Positions 1-12,282 of a DNA stretch of 64,000 nt are shown piece after piece. A model generated the notes under the pieces. The model made no database searches. It saw nothing but the letters and a program-made list of their open reading frames with translations, and had not been told where the DNA came from. The DNA lies in the NCBI GenBank assembly GCA_051530055.1, contig CM121341.1, positions 2,136,638 through 2,200,637 of the forward strand, given 5' to 3'. Made by a program: the position numbers and the translations under genes. Origin of the DNA: Neoechinorhynchus agilis (Eukaryota > Animalia > Acanthocephala). The stretch's first letter is position 1. Every line of letters begins with the position of its first letter.

Positions 1-260
1 GATTTTCTCGTCGTATGGCCTTATTGCCAATCGGATTATTCTCGAACTTCGTCTTAATGTGGGTCGTTCGTCTGATACAAAAGATTCCGATCGGTTCTTC
101 GCTAGTTTCCTTTAGGTTGAGGCTGTTATCATCTCGGTTTCATTAACTGGAGATACAACTCGGGCAGCCACTTTACGCTCCCGAAAGTCAGAGTTAACAG
201 TCGATGGCCGTAAGTGATATTCGCGTGAACGATGCATTTTCCCCCATCTCGTTTACACTT
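1..260 (-). mobile_element. C-terminal tail of a Gypsy-type integrase (relic)
   Basis: Minus-strand translation across one frameshift gives VHAN(H)LRP...ERPTLRRSSRIIRLAIRPYDEK, resembling the end of the Gypsy at 15.1-15.3 kb (RRVHGDHLRSR...TLRRSTRQLRKP). Confidence 0.4.
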
Positions 261-1099
261 TTGATACTTTGCATCCGGCGCAATGAATCTCTTTAATATA
301 ATAAACATACAATTTTGTTACCTTAGGATCATTTCTGGAAATTATAACAAAACGCACGAATTCCCTTATTCTAAAAGTAATCAAAGTTCTCAGCGATGAA
401 AATGACCCACACATTCACGGAGATATTCAGAAGTGGTCCCAAATTTATGATGGAATTTGATATTTAAATTCAACCAAATATCATAAATATTGTTCCACGT
501 AAACCGATTTACATTCAAAGATCATCTTCCTAATATTCTAAGGCATCATTTTCTTGACGGTACCGTAGATTGCGGAGGATAAGAACAGCCATCCAGAGTA
601 TACAATGAGCATAGTTTTCCATTTTGAGACCACATTATGCGTTCCCGTTGTGGAATGACCGTGAATGTGGCATAGAGTCAAAAATCGTAGAACATCACCG
701 TAACACAGAATCCCCACACCTTTTTGGATTGAGCGATAACGTTCCAGGGGTTCCGACTAGACGCTGGCGTTGCGTTGACCACGCTGCTTCGAATGTAATT
801 CATCTTTGTTGAGCCTTCTACAATTCTGCGGTGACAGCGAACCATCTACCATCCATAAAGGAAGCCAAACGAGTCCAATGAATCCTAGATTATTACTTTT
901 CTTATACATAATTATTTATCAAGAATTACCAAGAAGGTAAAAAAGAGTGTCCATCCTCCACTAATGTAATAAATATTCGTGTTGTTGATTTTGCAATAGC
1001 ATGAATTGCTTCAACAAGGCCCACGTGGGTCAATCTTTCTTTAGGTGGAAACCAAGCGGGCGCTAAACCGTACAGCAAATGCCACAAAACTTCAATTCG

Positions 1100-2000
1100 A
1101 TCGATCTCTAGTTCCAGTTTGGATTCAACGTTAAGTGTTCTGTCGAAAAATGTAAACTGCCAAGGATTCTCCTAAGTGTCTTAACTTATCTTCCCTTAGA
1201 GATTCGCAAACTGGCGTCGAAGTGCTTTCAATCTTTGTTCGAACACAGTCAACAAAATATATATTTGAATATTTGTCAACAGGCCTAAAACGGGATCCGT
1301 ATCTCCTGTTGTCGTTTGCAAACGTGGATTTTCTATAATTTAGTTTTGCGTCTTTTAGAAGATGAATTCGAACTATAAATAGGAATTTGAAAAATAATAC
1401 CCCGAGATGCACTAGTGATGCAGTTAGACATAAAAAATCAAAGGAAAAACAAGTTGATCGATTCTCGCCATTCTGAAAAAAACGGAAATCTATCCGGCGC
1501 TCTTCCTTTACCAATTTAATTCTTTTTTTATGGTTTCTTTACTGCGGAACCTACTAATAACATACGTGAATTGTAGCTCCAGGAATATTCTAACCTAAAA
1601 GCAGTGCATCCGAGGGTAAAGTTCTATAAGGTAGCTCCCACGGGCCAAATTATTTCGCCAATTGTGTTGGGCATTTGTTTTTATGTTTCGTTGATATGTA
1701 CTTACAAATTTGAATTGTTTTATATTTTCGCTGTTTGACTCGTTTCAATGCTGGCACCTTCGGCATACGTTTTATATCCCTTCATGAGATAAGGAAGTAA
1801 TGGGATGCTCTTCAGTTCCTCTTTCTGGCCACTCTATCATATTACGAGAAGATATAGTAAAATCGGTCTCCATCCACCAATCGATTTAAGCTTGCTGTCG
1901 GAAGTGTTGGATTTTGGAATTAGAATTGTTTTCGACTCTCTCCATTAGTAAAGGGGCTCCTAGTTTGAATCGCGGTGTTTAGAAGTGTATTTCGAGCGCA
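1100..2000 (-). mobile_element. Heavily decayed non-LTR reverse transcriptase relic
   Basis: Minus strand near 1860-1950 reads KTILIPKSNTSDSKLKSIGGWRPILL, matching the TILIPK...WRPI motif of R2/NeSL-type RTs. The rest is broken by stops and frameshifts. Confidence 0.35.
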
Positions 2001-2589
2001 AAACGATTTGTTTAAAAACCTTTGACAAAATAGCAATTACGAGGTCCTTTAAGGAAATATCAGCAGCGAAAAATGGTCATTGTGATATTTCGCTTCTTAA
2101 CGTCTTCATTAAACGTGCAGCAAAAGACAGTGTTCCGTGCATTATTTTTGAAGATGTGCGTGCCTAACTTATAAAGTAAAAAATTCGCAATCAGTTATTA
2201 TTTTGGAAGAGCTTTTAGGATCTCATCCACTGAGGGATAATAAACTATGGAATCGAAACATTCAGGTATTAACCCCATAACCCCAAATTCGTCTATCAAG
2301 TCTGTTACCTTCGAAAGCGTTAGAACTCAATCAACGATGGAACCATTTTCATTATTTTTTCTCGATTATGAAGACTGGAGTTTGGTTGTATCACAATAAA
2401 GGGATCACACTTGAAAACACTCTCAAGAAGAAGATACACATTGATCCAAATCACGGAGACTCCTCGGCTATATCTAATTACCAAGATGCTCTTGATCATT
2501 CTTGACCGGATGATTTTCCTAGGAAGCTGTAATTTTTAACATGGAAACAGAGATTTACAATCTTTAACCGCAACTTTCGATGTTGTGCG

Positions 2590-3344
2590 AACAAAATTAT
2601 CCTTACACGAGGCTCTGTTCCTGATCAAGAATACTCTCGTCATTTCAAAATTAGTGTATAAGCCGTGATCAGCACTTTTTTGGACACAAAGATAAGATGA
2701 AACAATTAGACGAAACTTTGGCAGCCTGGCTGGATAATATTTAAATACTCAGCTATCGGACGATACCCGGCGTCAAGGATCCTTCCTTGCCTGTGTCGTC
2801 CCACCGAGTATATATTTTCCTGTCAGCTCATTTGGGATCGTATGGATCAAGCCACAAAATAGTTCAGTCTTTTCTTGGCGGGATTTACACTTTGCTTTAA
2901 AATTTCATAGAGGATCTTAATCTTTGGTATGAAGATTCCGAAAGCGAGGGGACTCACTCCTGATAGCGAGAATTCAGAGTTTCTTAGTTTCATATTCTAG
3001 TGACCTGGCCAATGCAACTCGCTTGATGGCAGTCTCGACTAGACGATCGGATGCTTTGCTCAACGCTCTCCCAATCGATTCTGTGGGCACTCACCGACTA
3101 TACAGTAAGGATTGCAGTGTTTCTGAGACTTGGAGTACCGATGTGCACTTCCAATCGCTGTCGTTGTGGATCCTCCGTCGAATCACCGGGACGCCGTGGT
3201 CTCGTCTATCGGCAATCAGATTTAAGGTACTCACGACACGCCGAAGTGAGCGAAACTCTTAGTCGTGCCCTGAATACTAAAAATACTCCCAACAAACTCG
3301 AGCCGGGCAATCTTTCACAATCGAACAGACACATCCTGACCTGA
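2590..3344 (+). mobile_element. CRE-clade non-LTR retrotransposon relic (RT thumb plus start of REL endonuclease)
   Basis: LHEALFLIKNTLVISKLVY; RLMAVSTRRSDALLNALPIDSVG; VRIAVFLRLGVPMCTSNRCRCG...RH...LEP. Same motif order as the better-preserved copy at 38.6-39.6 kb. Confidence 0.75.
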
Positions 3345-4415
3345 ACGAACCGTCCCTGACTGGATAGTTGCTAACCGGATAGACATCCCTCCGACGGGAT
3401 ATTACCTCCCGAACGGACATCGCTCGACTGCATATACCCACATTAACGGATGAGGACCCAAAGGTACATGGGTTTCCCTAAACCTTTCATTGTATCAATA
3501 AACGTGTTACTATTTGCCCACTCAAAATAAACGGATCTCATATCAGGTTGGAACACTTAACATGTACAGATGAACCGAATTGAGCCAATACCGATTACAA
3601 AACAAAGGATAAAGGAGATAAAAAAGCCACCGTATTTACAGCGATTCTACTACTTTGTTTCCTTTAAATGAATTTAATTAACGCAAGCAACCAAGAGATA
3701 TATTAGGCGACCTTTTAAATGCTTTCAATGGGTTGCATAACCAAAAGCGTTACTTAAACTTTAATCAATCCGCTACATAATGTTGAATATCGAAGTAAAG
3801 ATTCATATATTAAAGGCCAGTTGTTTCAATGTTTTCGCAACTACCTGGTGTTTCGATGGAGGACGGCGTTGCTCTAGCTCAGGGGTTCTGGTGGACAATT
3901 AGTGAAGCAACGTGGGTCTGATGAGCAGGTTGCCCGATGATAACCAGTCCACAGGATAACGCTAATGTTCGTGTTTTAGATGGAAAACCTTGATAATGTC
4001 GAAATTATCCGACGAAATATCTTAAATAAATTAGTAAATTTTGATCAGGGGAGTAGAAAAACTACCCAAGAAAAGTCTCTTTTCCCCCGAAGATAATAAT
4101 CCAAAACATTAAATATATTGATCGATAAATCAAAAACTGAGAAATGCGTCTTCAAGATTACGGCATCGTCGGTTGCTGGTTGTGAACTGACGGAGACTAT
4201 CAAAGGATATTTTACGTTGGTTTAATTTATAATAAATAAAACCCTGAAGGAAAGTTTTACTTTGATTCGTATATCACAAAAGTTGCCTAGGACAAAGAAA
4301 TTTGTTTTAATGAAATTCTAGAGATCCTTTGATTAGTATGCAGCAAAGAAAACTAACGAAATTTTATTGATGTCAGAACTATTCTAAATCATACCAGCTA
4401 ATGAATCTAAAATTA

Positions 4416-5156
4416 CTAGAGCCAAGGTCTCATCGCGTTAAATCGCATCCAATCTCTTTGATGCAATATCGAATCTATATTCGACATTATGTAATTGTAT
4501 GAATTTTTCCAAAATTGAGGAGGTCGATATATTTTCCTGTAATTGTTCTGATATCTTCCATTATTAAGAGGAGTCTTTTGCGCATTTCCTTTCGCATCCT
4601 TAAATATCTTTGAACTGCCTATGAATGTTATAGTTTCTGAATAGTCAACTTTGGAGTTGCTGGACGGTTCGGAGACAGCAGTCGTTTCTTTTTTATCAAC
4701 GATTTCGATTGTTTCTAATGTGCCAGGCACAGCCTTACCAAGTTTTGGTGCTGTGGCGTTACTTTCTTTTTCAACGACATGAATTTTAGTTGGAAGCTCC
4801 GTTGATTCGATTGCTTCCATTTCGCTCTCAGATTCGGGCTTGACATCCTCTTTGGTGTCCTCAGCGACGGCATCTTTTTCTCCTTCGTTCTGAGACTTGA
4901 GTTCGGTTGATTCGATTGTTTCCATTTCGCTCCCAGATTCGGACTTGACGTCCTCTTTGGTGTCCTCGGCGACGGCATCGGTTTCTCCTTTAGTTTCATC
5001 TGGGGTGGTGGTATCCATTGGTTGAACCTCTTTCTCAATAACGATGTCTCCATCCATTTTTTCACTACTGTTGATTGTATTCAAAGCGTAGCATCGGTTT
5101 TTGGCCGAAAAAGTTGCAAAGCTGCAGATCAGTAGTACGGCGCTGATAAAGTTCAT
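4416..5156 (-). CDS. Unknown acidic protein with N-terminal hydrophobic segment ('gene A', copy 1)
   Basis: Open ORF from ATG 5156; hydrophobic start MNFISAVLLICSFATFS; two internal DAVAEDTKEDVK.ES.SEME.IESTEL repeats; paralogous copies at 42.1-42.5 kb and 45.4-46.1 kb. Confidence 0.65.
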   Translation of the reverse strand: MNFISAVLLICSFATFSAKNRCYALNTINSSEKMDGDIVIEKEVQPMDTTTPDETKGETDAVAEDTKEDVKSESGSEMETIESTELKSQNEGEKDAVAEDTKEDVKPESESEMEAIESTELPTKIHVVEKESNATAPKLGKAVPGTLETIEIVDKKETTAVSEPSSNSKVDYSETITFIGSSKIFKDAKGNAQKTPLNNGRYQNNYRKIYRPPQFWKNSYNYIMSNIDSILHQRDWMRFNAMRPWL

Positions 5157-5439
5157 CGGAGTGAAAGTTGAAGGGATACCCAAAAATGGAGGTACAGCTC
5201 GAACTTACCTACTTTACGGGATGCGCAAGCGATTTCGAAATGTTATTAAACACTTGAACAATATTGACGTCTTCAACGGAATTGCAGTTTACGTTTTTGG
5301 TTTGTTTACATAAACTCATTGTTGACATTTGGGATCCAGGAAAGAAATTCTTGGAATAAAAAAAAGAGCATCTTTATAATGGAAATTCGCTGCTATTTGC
5401 TTGGTTGGTTAAAGCCCTCATAGGCATAGCCACTTCGTA

Positions 5440-5670
5440 GTGAATGGTCGTTTGAGACTGTGCTTAGATTTCCGAGTAACTTTGAACAGTTTCCTTAACT
5501 ATGAAAACTATAACATGCCGACATTCGAGGATCTAGTTCAAAAGATTTCCGGGTGTAGCGTTTACACAACTATTGATTTGAAATATGCTTATTTCCATCT
5601 GAAGATGGAAAGCGAGAGCAGTCAATTGCTAGCCATATCAATTTCATGTGGATATTCTCGTTATATATAA
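5440..5670 (+). mobile_element. Gypsy reverse transcriptase fragment
   Basis: NGRLRLCLDFRVTLN...MPTFEDLVQKISGCSVYTTIDLKYAYF = Ty3/Gypsy RT motifs. Confidence 0.8.
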
Positions 5671-6134
5671 ACACGTTTTATTTATGTAAGAAATGCACGA
5701 TCCACACACTTGCCAGCATCTATCTTTGCTGAAGGTGTCTGGATGACGGATGTTGAAGGCAAGGGAGGTGGGACTGATTTTGTAAGGGGTGTTAATTTGC
5801 GGCGAGTGGTCACACTGTTCGATGTCTTCGGGACCGATACGCTCCCATAATTCCGTTGGAATTCGTTCAATTCGATCCATATGTTCAACAGAATGCTCTA
5901 TACCGAGAAAAGAAGCGAATTCGAAGTATTGAAGATGCAATCTATCACATCCGAACACACGATCTGGATTTTGTTAAGCAACGCATCCCAGCTCCGTCTT
6001 TAGCAACATCCATTTCGAGCTCTGAAGGTCCGCTTGATCCGAAATTCTTGAAAATTAAAAGAAAAAAATAAATCATTTTGCAATCAACTGCCATATTGTC
6101 CACCGTTTTTCTCTATTTGTTTTCCCTATTTCAT

Positions 6135-6398
6135 ATGAATCAATTCAAACGGACGCTGTTCTCATCACCAATTAATCGATTAGCAGCTAAGCAATGGAAA
6201 TTCGACAACAACATTCCTTTAGCTCCTTACTTATACGGACCGTTGTCTGTGGATCGCCATGATTTCACATTTATTAACACTGAGAAGAAAATGAAGCCGA
6301 AACGATACAAACGGCAAGCTACACGCGCAGAAGATCAAAGAAATTTCTTGTTGAAAATATTAGAACTCGATAAGCAGTTCAGTGAATCGAATCAATAG
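6135..6398 (+). CDS. MRPL52: Mitochondrial ribosomal protein mL52-like
   Basis: MNQFKRTLFSSPINRL (presequence-like) then QWKFDNNIPLAPYLYGPLSVDRHDFTF...YKRQATRAEDQRNFLLKILEL, which aligns by eye to the mL52 QW...P..YGPL...D.SY...RR...F...V..L pattern. C-terminus short; a further exon cannot be excluded. Confidence 0.55.
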   Translation: MNQFKRTLFSSPINRLAAKQWKFDNNIPLAPYLYGPLSVDRHDFTFINTEKKMKPKRYKRQATRAEDQRNFLLKILELDKQFSESNQ

Positions 6399-6580
6399 GA
6401 ATAAAAAGGCGTACGTCTCGAATTTCTAACCTCAATGTTAAACTTCATTTTATTTGATATTATAGCTCTTAGGATTTATTCCGCGTTGCTCGCCGAATTC
6501 CTTTAGAAAAATTTCGGCATTTTGGCTAGTATATTGAAGTTACGTCTCGTTTTCTTATTAGAGCGGAATAATTACTTATT

Positions 6581-6670
6581 CACTTGCATTTTAGAACTGA
6601 TGATGAGCCCGACGAGGTTCGAAACGTCTTTAATAAATGATCATTTACTGGGTGTAGACCTAAACAATAA
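6581..6670 (+). ncRNA. Penelope-type terminal repeat with minimal hammerhead motif (family HH-A)
   Basis: CTGATGA(6597-6603)-T-GAGCC-CGACGA-GGTTC-GAA-AC-GT-C. Copies at ~44415-44505 (-) and ~61752-61840 (+, core mutated to CTGATTA). Confidence 0.6.
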
Positions 6671-7590
6671 TTCCATCCCTGGTACCTCAAATATCGACAT
6701 TTTCGTTTTCTAATGACTTTAAGAATTTCGCCAAGAAGATATGTTTGTGTGATTTTTCACAACAAATCTTCAAGTGGTAAAATGTTGAGAACTGTATTTT
6801 TGAGGCTTTATTCTGGTATTAAAATGCTATTCAATCTCTAATTCAAATCGCAATATCTATTTGTATCTTGGATACGGCTATTCAACTTCTAATCAAATAT
6901 TCATCTTTTTAAGTTAATCAATCTAAAGTAAGTGTTAACGAGTGTAGATATTTCCTAGCACTTAAGTTTATAAGAGATCGATATTTAGTTTGAAGTCTAA
7001 GGTTCATTTCGGCATCAAACTACAAAGATATACTATCAAATCTAACGGAAAATGCTCTCTCTTTTTTCATATTTGTGACAAACACTTTCAGGAACCGGTG
7101 AAGTGGCGAAAAAGGGAGAAATAGAGACGCCTCGATCCGTCTTGCTCTACATTTTTAAAAATATCTCGTTATTGAGACAATTGGTGCCGTCTGACCAAAC
7201 AGAATTTTTAATCAATGTTTTTAAAAATTGTTGGCCGTAACAACAAGAAGGGAACCCGTGCAACCAACTATTTTTATCGAAGAATCAGCGATTAAGTTAA
7301 TGAACGATCCTAGAGACAACGGAGGACAAAGAGGTTTCGCCGTTTTTATCGGAAGTTTTATAAATAATTGAATGTGTTCACTGATAACAAAAAAAGTAAA
7401 TAATTTAAAAAAAATTTATACCCGTACAGCCAGCTATTTTTATGAGAGAATCAGCGATTTTAGAAAAGTTTATTGTAGATCCTCAAGGCAATGGATTCGA
7501 TTTTCTAATCGGAACTTTGAGCGCTTTGATATTAAAAAAGTTTTAATGTAAAAAGGCTGTTTGTTTTGAAACAATAAAGTTAATTTCAGA

Positions 7591-7999
7591 ATGTCAAAAA
7601 TAATCACGGACGAGGAATTGGATAGTACAAGCGAAGATTCATTAGGCGAGGTTTGTACTTTTTAGAGTTTTAGCCTTAAAACGCATATTTCAGTTGGAAA
7701 TTGAATCAATAATCAAGCCTAACGGAGACGAGCATGAGACTGATGAAATGCGTGAACGGAACCGAATGCTATACATGGAAATCAAAGAGACTGAACAAGC
7801 GCTCCGAGAATCACGTCAAATGGTTCGTCAGCTCAGAACCTTGATAAAGGACATCAAATATAGGCGGAATTGTGGAATAGACCAGAGTGCTCGATCTTCG
7901 TCTAACCATGTTCTGAATGAGACTTTTGTGAAAGACATCTCGTCTGATGATGACGACATCACTGATGGAATGTCTGATGAACAAGAAGGAATGAATTAG
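7591..7999 (+). CDS. Small acidic coiled-coil protein, 121 aa, 2 exons ('gene B')
   Basis: ATG 7591; exon 1 7591-7650; GT-AG intron 7651-7693 (43 nt, ends TTTCAG); exon 2 7694-7999 in frame; near-identical inverted copy at 43081-43489. Confidence 0.7.
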
Positions 8000-8618
8000 T
8001 TTATTTTTTTACTTTTAGTATTGCTCCATTTGTTTTTTTAGTAGGTAGTATTAAACACAATCTTAGTCAGGTTAAGAAGTATCCTTAGGTTATTTTGGAT
8101 TTTAACTATCTAATGCGTTTGTGTCTCTTTAGCTAAAGTTTTGTTGTCTTAAATGCGAAGTAAATCAGCAAATTTTAAAGCGTTCGAAAAGCCTTATTAA
8201 ATGTCCCTTCTTTATTCTTTAAAGCTTTGAAGCTCTTAAAAGAAACACTAAATATGAAAGTAAATTACTGAGAGAATTTTTATATATTTTTTTCTAAATT
8301 CAAGGTGAATTTATGCTTTTTTGGAATTATGGAAAGATTTATTAAATATCTTGTCTTTGTTTTTAAGCGGTTTAAAATGTAGAATAAGAATAAAAATTGT
8401 ATCGTAATTAAAAATTGAGTCAATTGCATCGTGACACGAAAAATAAACAATATATGAAAGACCGTTTCGATATTGCTTTGAAGCTCTCTATAGTTATTGT
8501 TCATTTGAGAATACAAAAATGATCGCATTCTCCACATAAAATCTACTTGATCCTTTTGATTGGCGTTTTATTGATAGGAATCGCCCTCCAATCGATTCAC
8601 GTGAACCTTTGGAGAAGA

Positions 8619-10020
8619 TTAAATTCCTTCTTCATTTAATTTATCGTGACAGATCAATTCAGGTTGTTCCTTGATGATTCGACTCACAAATTCCGAATCC
8701 TTATCCACAAATCCGCCTGTGAGGTTATCATCATCGTCAACTTGATTTTTCATATTCCTTTTAAGGAGGCATGATTTAGGTTGCGTGAAAGCAGACGATA
8801 GTATGTCAGGTAGATCCGACAATTTTGTCAGAAGTGTGCTGACTTTCCTTTCGAAACTGACTAAAGCCTCTGTAAGACGAGCTTGCATTAATATGAGCAT
8901 GTTGTTGCAAGCCTCTTTCAAGCGCCGTTGCAGTTGCTCAATGGTCACCTATTGATTCTACTTTGACGAAACAGGTATCGAATTCTCTTTTGCGAAGGTC
9001 CAGTTTCTGAAGGAAGTTGATGCATGAGACGAAGACGCTGAAGCTAGAGTTGACGAAATTGGATGATTGGCCTTTGGGAGCTTGAGAAGTAGTTAATCTG
9101 ATTGAGGACCCTGACAATTGGCACAACGTCTCTTGAGTGGATCGGGGACACAGCCTGAGCTGTGGTCGGTGTTCGAGCAGTGGCAACACTTTGCTTGCGC
9201 ATGATGGGTACAGTTTTGGCACCAATGCCCCCATTGCTGGCAGAGATTGCATCGAGGGAACACGTAATCGTCTTGCTCACAGTAGGACTTTTGAGAAAAA
9301 TGAATTGAGAAACAGTTAAAGGCCCAAGGTCTACTTGTGCAGAGTTCGTCTCGATGGTGTCTTGGTCCTTCAACAGCTGCAATAGAGATTGAACATCCTG
9401 ATTTCCTCGATTTTAGGTAGTATTTTATCATGCATCCGAAGGATGCTTTGAAGAGATCCTTGTCCTTCTGACCCATGTCCGGCTGAAGTCCATACGCGCG
9501 AAATTGTACTTTCTGAGAAGTTGCAGAGATTGAATAGAATTGAATTGGAAGGTTGGAGTTGGCGAATTCGACGAGATTAGACATCCATTCATAACTACTT
9601 ACGTAAATCCGCATGGTACGGCCAAATATGTTTATTTTTCCATTGTTTTTAAGCCATCGTTATTGAACGCGTGAACCCAAGGTATTATAAGGGCGTCATA
9701 CATGGCTTGTTTGGGAATTATAAGATTCGATTTGGTAGGAAGGGCCGAGTATGGCTCAGAAATGACACTTGTAGATACATTGGCTTCAGATTGTAGATGG
9801 GAGAGCATTTGTTCTTGTTGATCAGACGGTAATTGAAAGGCTGGAATAGAAGATGGCCGTTGACCACTCGTATTCTTGGCAGACACCCCGTGATGAGAGT
9901 CAGGTGCTTCCATTTCATCCAAATTGATCTCCAAAGCTTCAACTGGAGAGTCAAAAGGTCTTGAAATCGATGAAACGTCAACGCCAGTTAACGACTGAAC
10001 GTTGGAATCGTTGATAATTT
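8619..10020 (-). mobile_element. LINE ORF1 (gag-like) with three zinc knuckles ('LINE-C'), fragmented
   Basis: RCNLCQQWGHWCQNC, KCCHCSNTDHSSGC, RCANCQGP: the triple CCHC arrangement typical of I/Jockey/R1-type ORF1. Several frameshifts. Confidence 0.7.
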
Positions 10021-10024
10021 GTCT

Positions 10025-11486
10025 ACCTGAAATAATAGCTTGGGACTAAATCTCTTATGAACATAAGACTGTAGTCCAACTGAGAAACCAATATTATTAT
10101 GGATCACTCCGCCGCCACTGGGCATTAATGTAAATGATATCAAATAACCTCTATTAACAAGATTCATATTTCCCGTTTCTTGAAAGCAAATAACGTCCGC
10201 ATCATCTAGTCTAGCCGCTAAACAAATATTCTCCTACAAACCCAAGGCTCTAGACACATTATAAGAAATTAATATAAATTATTCATCATACAAGTAAGTG
10301 AATTAACATTAAACATTAAACATTTTAAAATATTTAGCGAAAGCGGCCTTTATGCGGACCATTAATATGCCTGCCCATCTTTCTAATCGGGCCAGACGAT
10401 GACAACCCATCCTCCTTATTACCAGGTTCATCCCCTTTTTCACCTGAAGCACACCTCTTACCCATCATCAATTTATCCTGAGCCTGTTTAATGACCTCAT
10501 CAACCTCCTTACTATTTTCCGTCTTCTTGACCAAAGCAACCATATTTAATAAATCACAAATTATTTTATCCTTCTCCTCGAGTTTCTTATTTAAACTATC
10601 AACACCCTCTTTAAGTATTTCTAACTCCTCCTTAACCTTATCTTCTACCTGAAAATTATTTTTCATAACCAATGTATCACCCAGAGAAAATCCTTCCGAA
10701 TAATGGAGATGTAGTAATCATAATCCCTGATATAACCAAGGATTCATCTCTGAGTGTGCCATGATCAGATCCTGAATTATCGGCTCCTGTGGTCACATTT
10801 GGCATTAACGAGATGAGGAACTACATCTACAAACGTAAGAGACTATTGGCGATGCTCTGGGAAAATCATCATGGGAATTCAATGAGTAGGTCAATATACG
10901 AATCTTAACTGCTGAGCAAAATAAAACAACAAATCATTCCAGGAAACTTGATCTTAAACATTCGAACAGTCATTAATATTGATGCCGTTCGGAATCCATA
11001 TTTTCCTTTTATAGGTCCCTATGGAGCTCATCAGATGAGGAATATTCTCGCTAGATAATAGACTGTTTTATCCTGACCACACAACCTAAATAGCACCGTT
11101 CCTCTATCGAATTTGCAAATCCTTAAATACTGTCACTTACTAAAAGGACTGGGTCAAATGGGACTCGCACATTACAATTTCCCTCAGACGCAATACCGTT
11201 AAAATTTATCTTCTAAAACGACTCCGCCATTTAGGAGTCCCTTCGTCCGTTATCTCTAAACTTTACTACATCTTTATTTTACCCTAATCCCTCACCAACG
11301 GCTACCCCGTCTCTTACGATAGCTCGATGCGTTGTATCGATCGAGGCGTTGTGTTTACGGCAAAGTGATTCGTTGTATCGATTGGCGCGTTGAGTATATA
11401 TATTTAACAAAAAATAAAAAGGGCAAATTTTTGGTTCCGCTAACACACCAACACCGTCTTTTGCAACCTTTTCCAAAATCACCAAT
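10025..11486 (-). mobile_element. 5' part of 'LINE-B' (5' end, ORF1, start of APE), 3'-truncated
   Basis: Near-identical inverted match to 33479-34921, starting at the same TTGGTGATTTTGG boundary. Confidence 0.85.
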
Positions 11487-12282
11487 CCGTCACCTTGAAA
11501 TGTTTCAGAGAAGAGCCTCTAAAATTTACGCAGTTGATTTCCCCCGCTCGCCAAATGCCTTTATAAAATTTTCATAAAAAATCAAAACGCATCTCAGTTC
11601 TACCACAAACCTTTTCACACGAGCATAAAACTCACAATCCCAATTCCTTTCATCATTCTATTCCTCGTACCTAAATGATTTATCTCATTCGACTTCTCAG
11701 CAGTCTATGACACTATTAATCTTCAATTCGTAATCATCTAAATGTGCTTGTCAAATTTCGCTTATTGGATACTAAAGGAACTTCTTGGCTTTCTTAATAT
11801 ACATTCTACAATGATGAGTATCCTGTTTAACCCTAAAAAAACAAAAGTTTTAGCAATAGCTTCAAAAATGCAAAACAGGATAAAAATTTAATACATAATT
11901 TTAACCCTAAATTAAATGAAAAATCAGATATTAAAAAAATTAAAAAGATTTTAAAATTAGTTAAGCGTTAATTGTCAAATTTAGTGCTCCTTCACTGTTA
12001 TGGTTTATTATGAAATTTAACAATGCGATTTCTGACGTTAATAATATAGCAGTCGTTTATCGCTTCTGTTTATTTAATTCATCTCAACGCGCTGATTCCA
12101 AATCTGTTTTCGGATTTGTGATATCTGCCATTCAATTTTTAGACCAATAACCTCGATTATCGATATCAAAACATCAATAAAATTCATATCAATTTACTTT
12201 TCTAGATCTACTTTAAAAGCTTACTTCACCTGAATTTACTGTTTCTTGTGGCCTTTGCAATCTAAACATCAATTTTTAGATT

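Larger units (their letters stand above)
6574..8310. repeat. ~1.74 kb near-identical inverted duplication arm (partner 42771-44513)
   Basis: Reverse-complement match throughout, including gene B (identical exon-2 protein) and the HH-A motif. Confidence 0.9.

Noticed and set aside
300-1100. Additional RT motifs on the minus strand
   Set aside because: Only fragmentary resemblance (SFMDGRWFAV, GV..G.SV); cannot be supported without a profile search.
3860-3960. Possible structured RNA (TAGCTCAGGGG A-box-like, CGTTGCT/AGCAACG stem, CTGATGA)
   Set aside because: No B box, no GAAA strand pairing with stem II, no second copy in the window.
5644-6071. Overlapping short ORFs on both strands upstream of the mL52-like gene
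   Set aside because: No recognisable motif; the frame with a poly(A) signal (5682-5888) has an upstream stop and no clear start or splice path.
11490-11760. 3' end of a CR1/L2-like LINE (LEMFQRRASK)
   Set aside because: Only one motif is recognisable; insufficient support.
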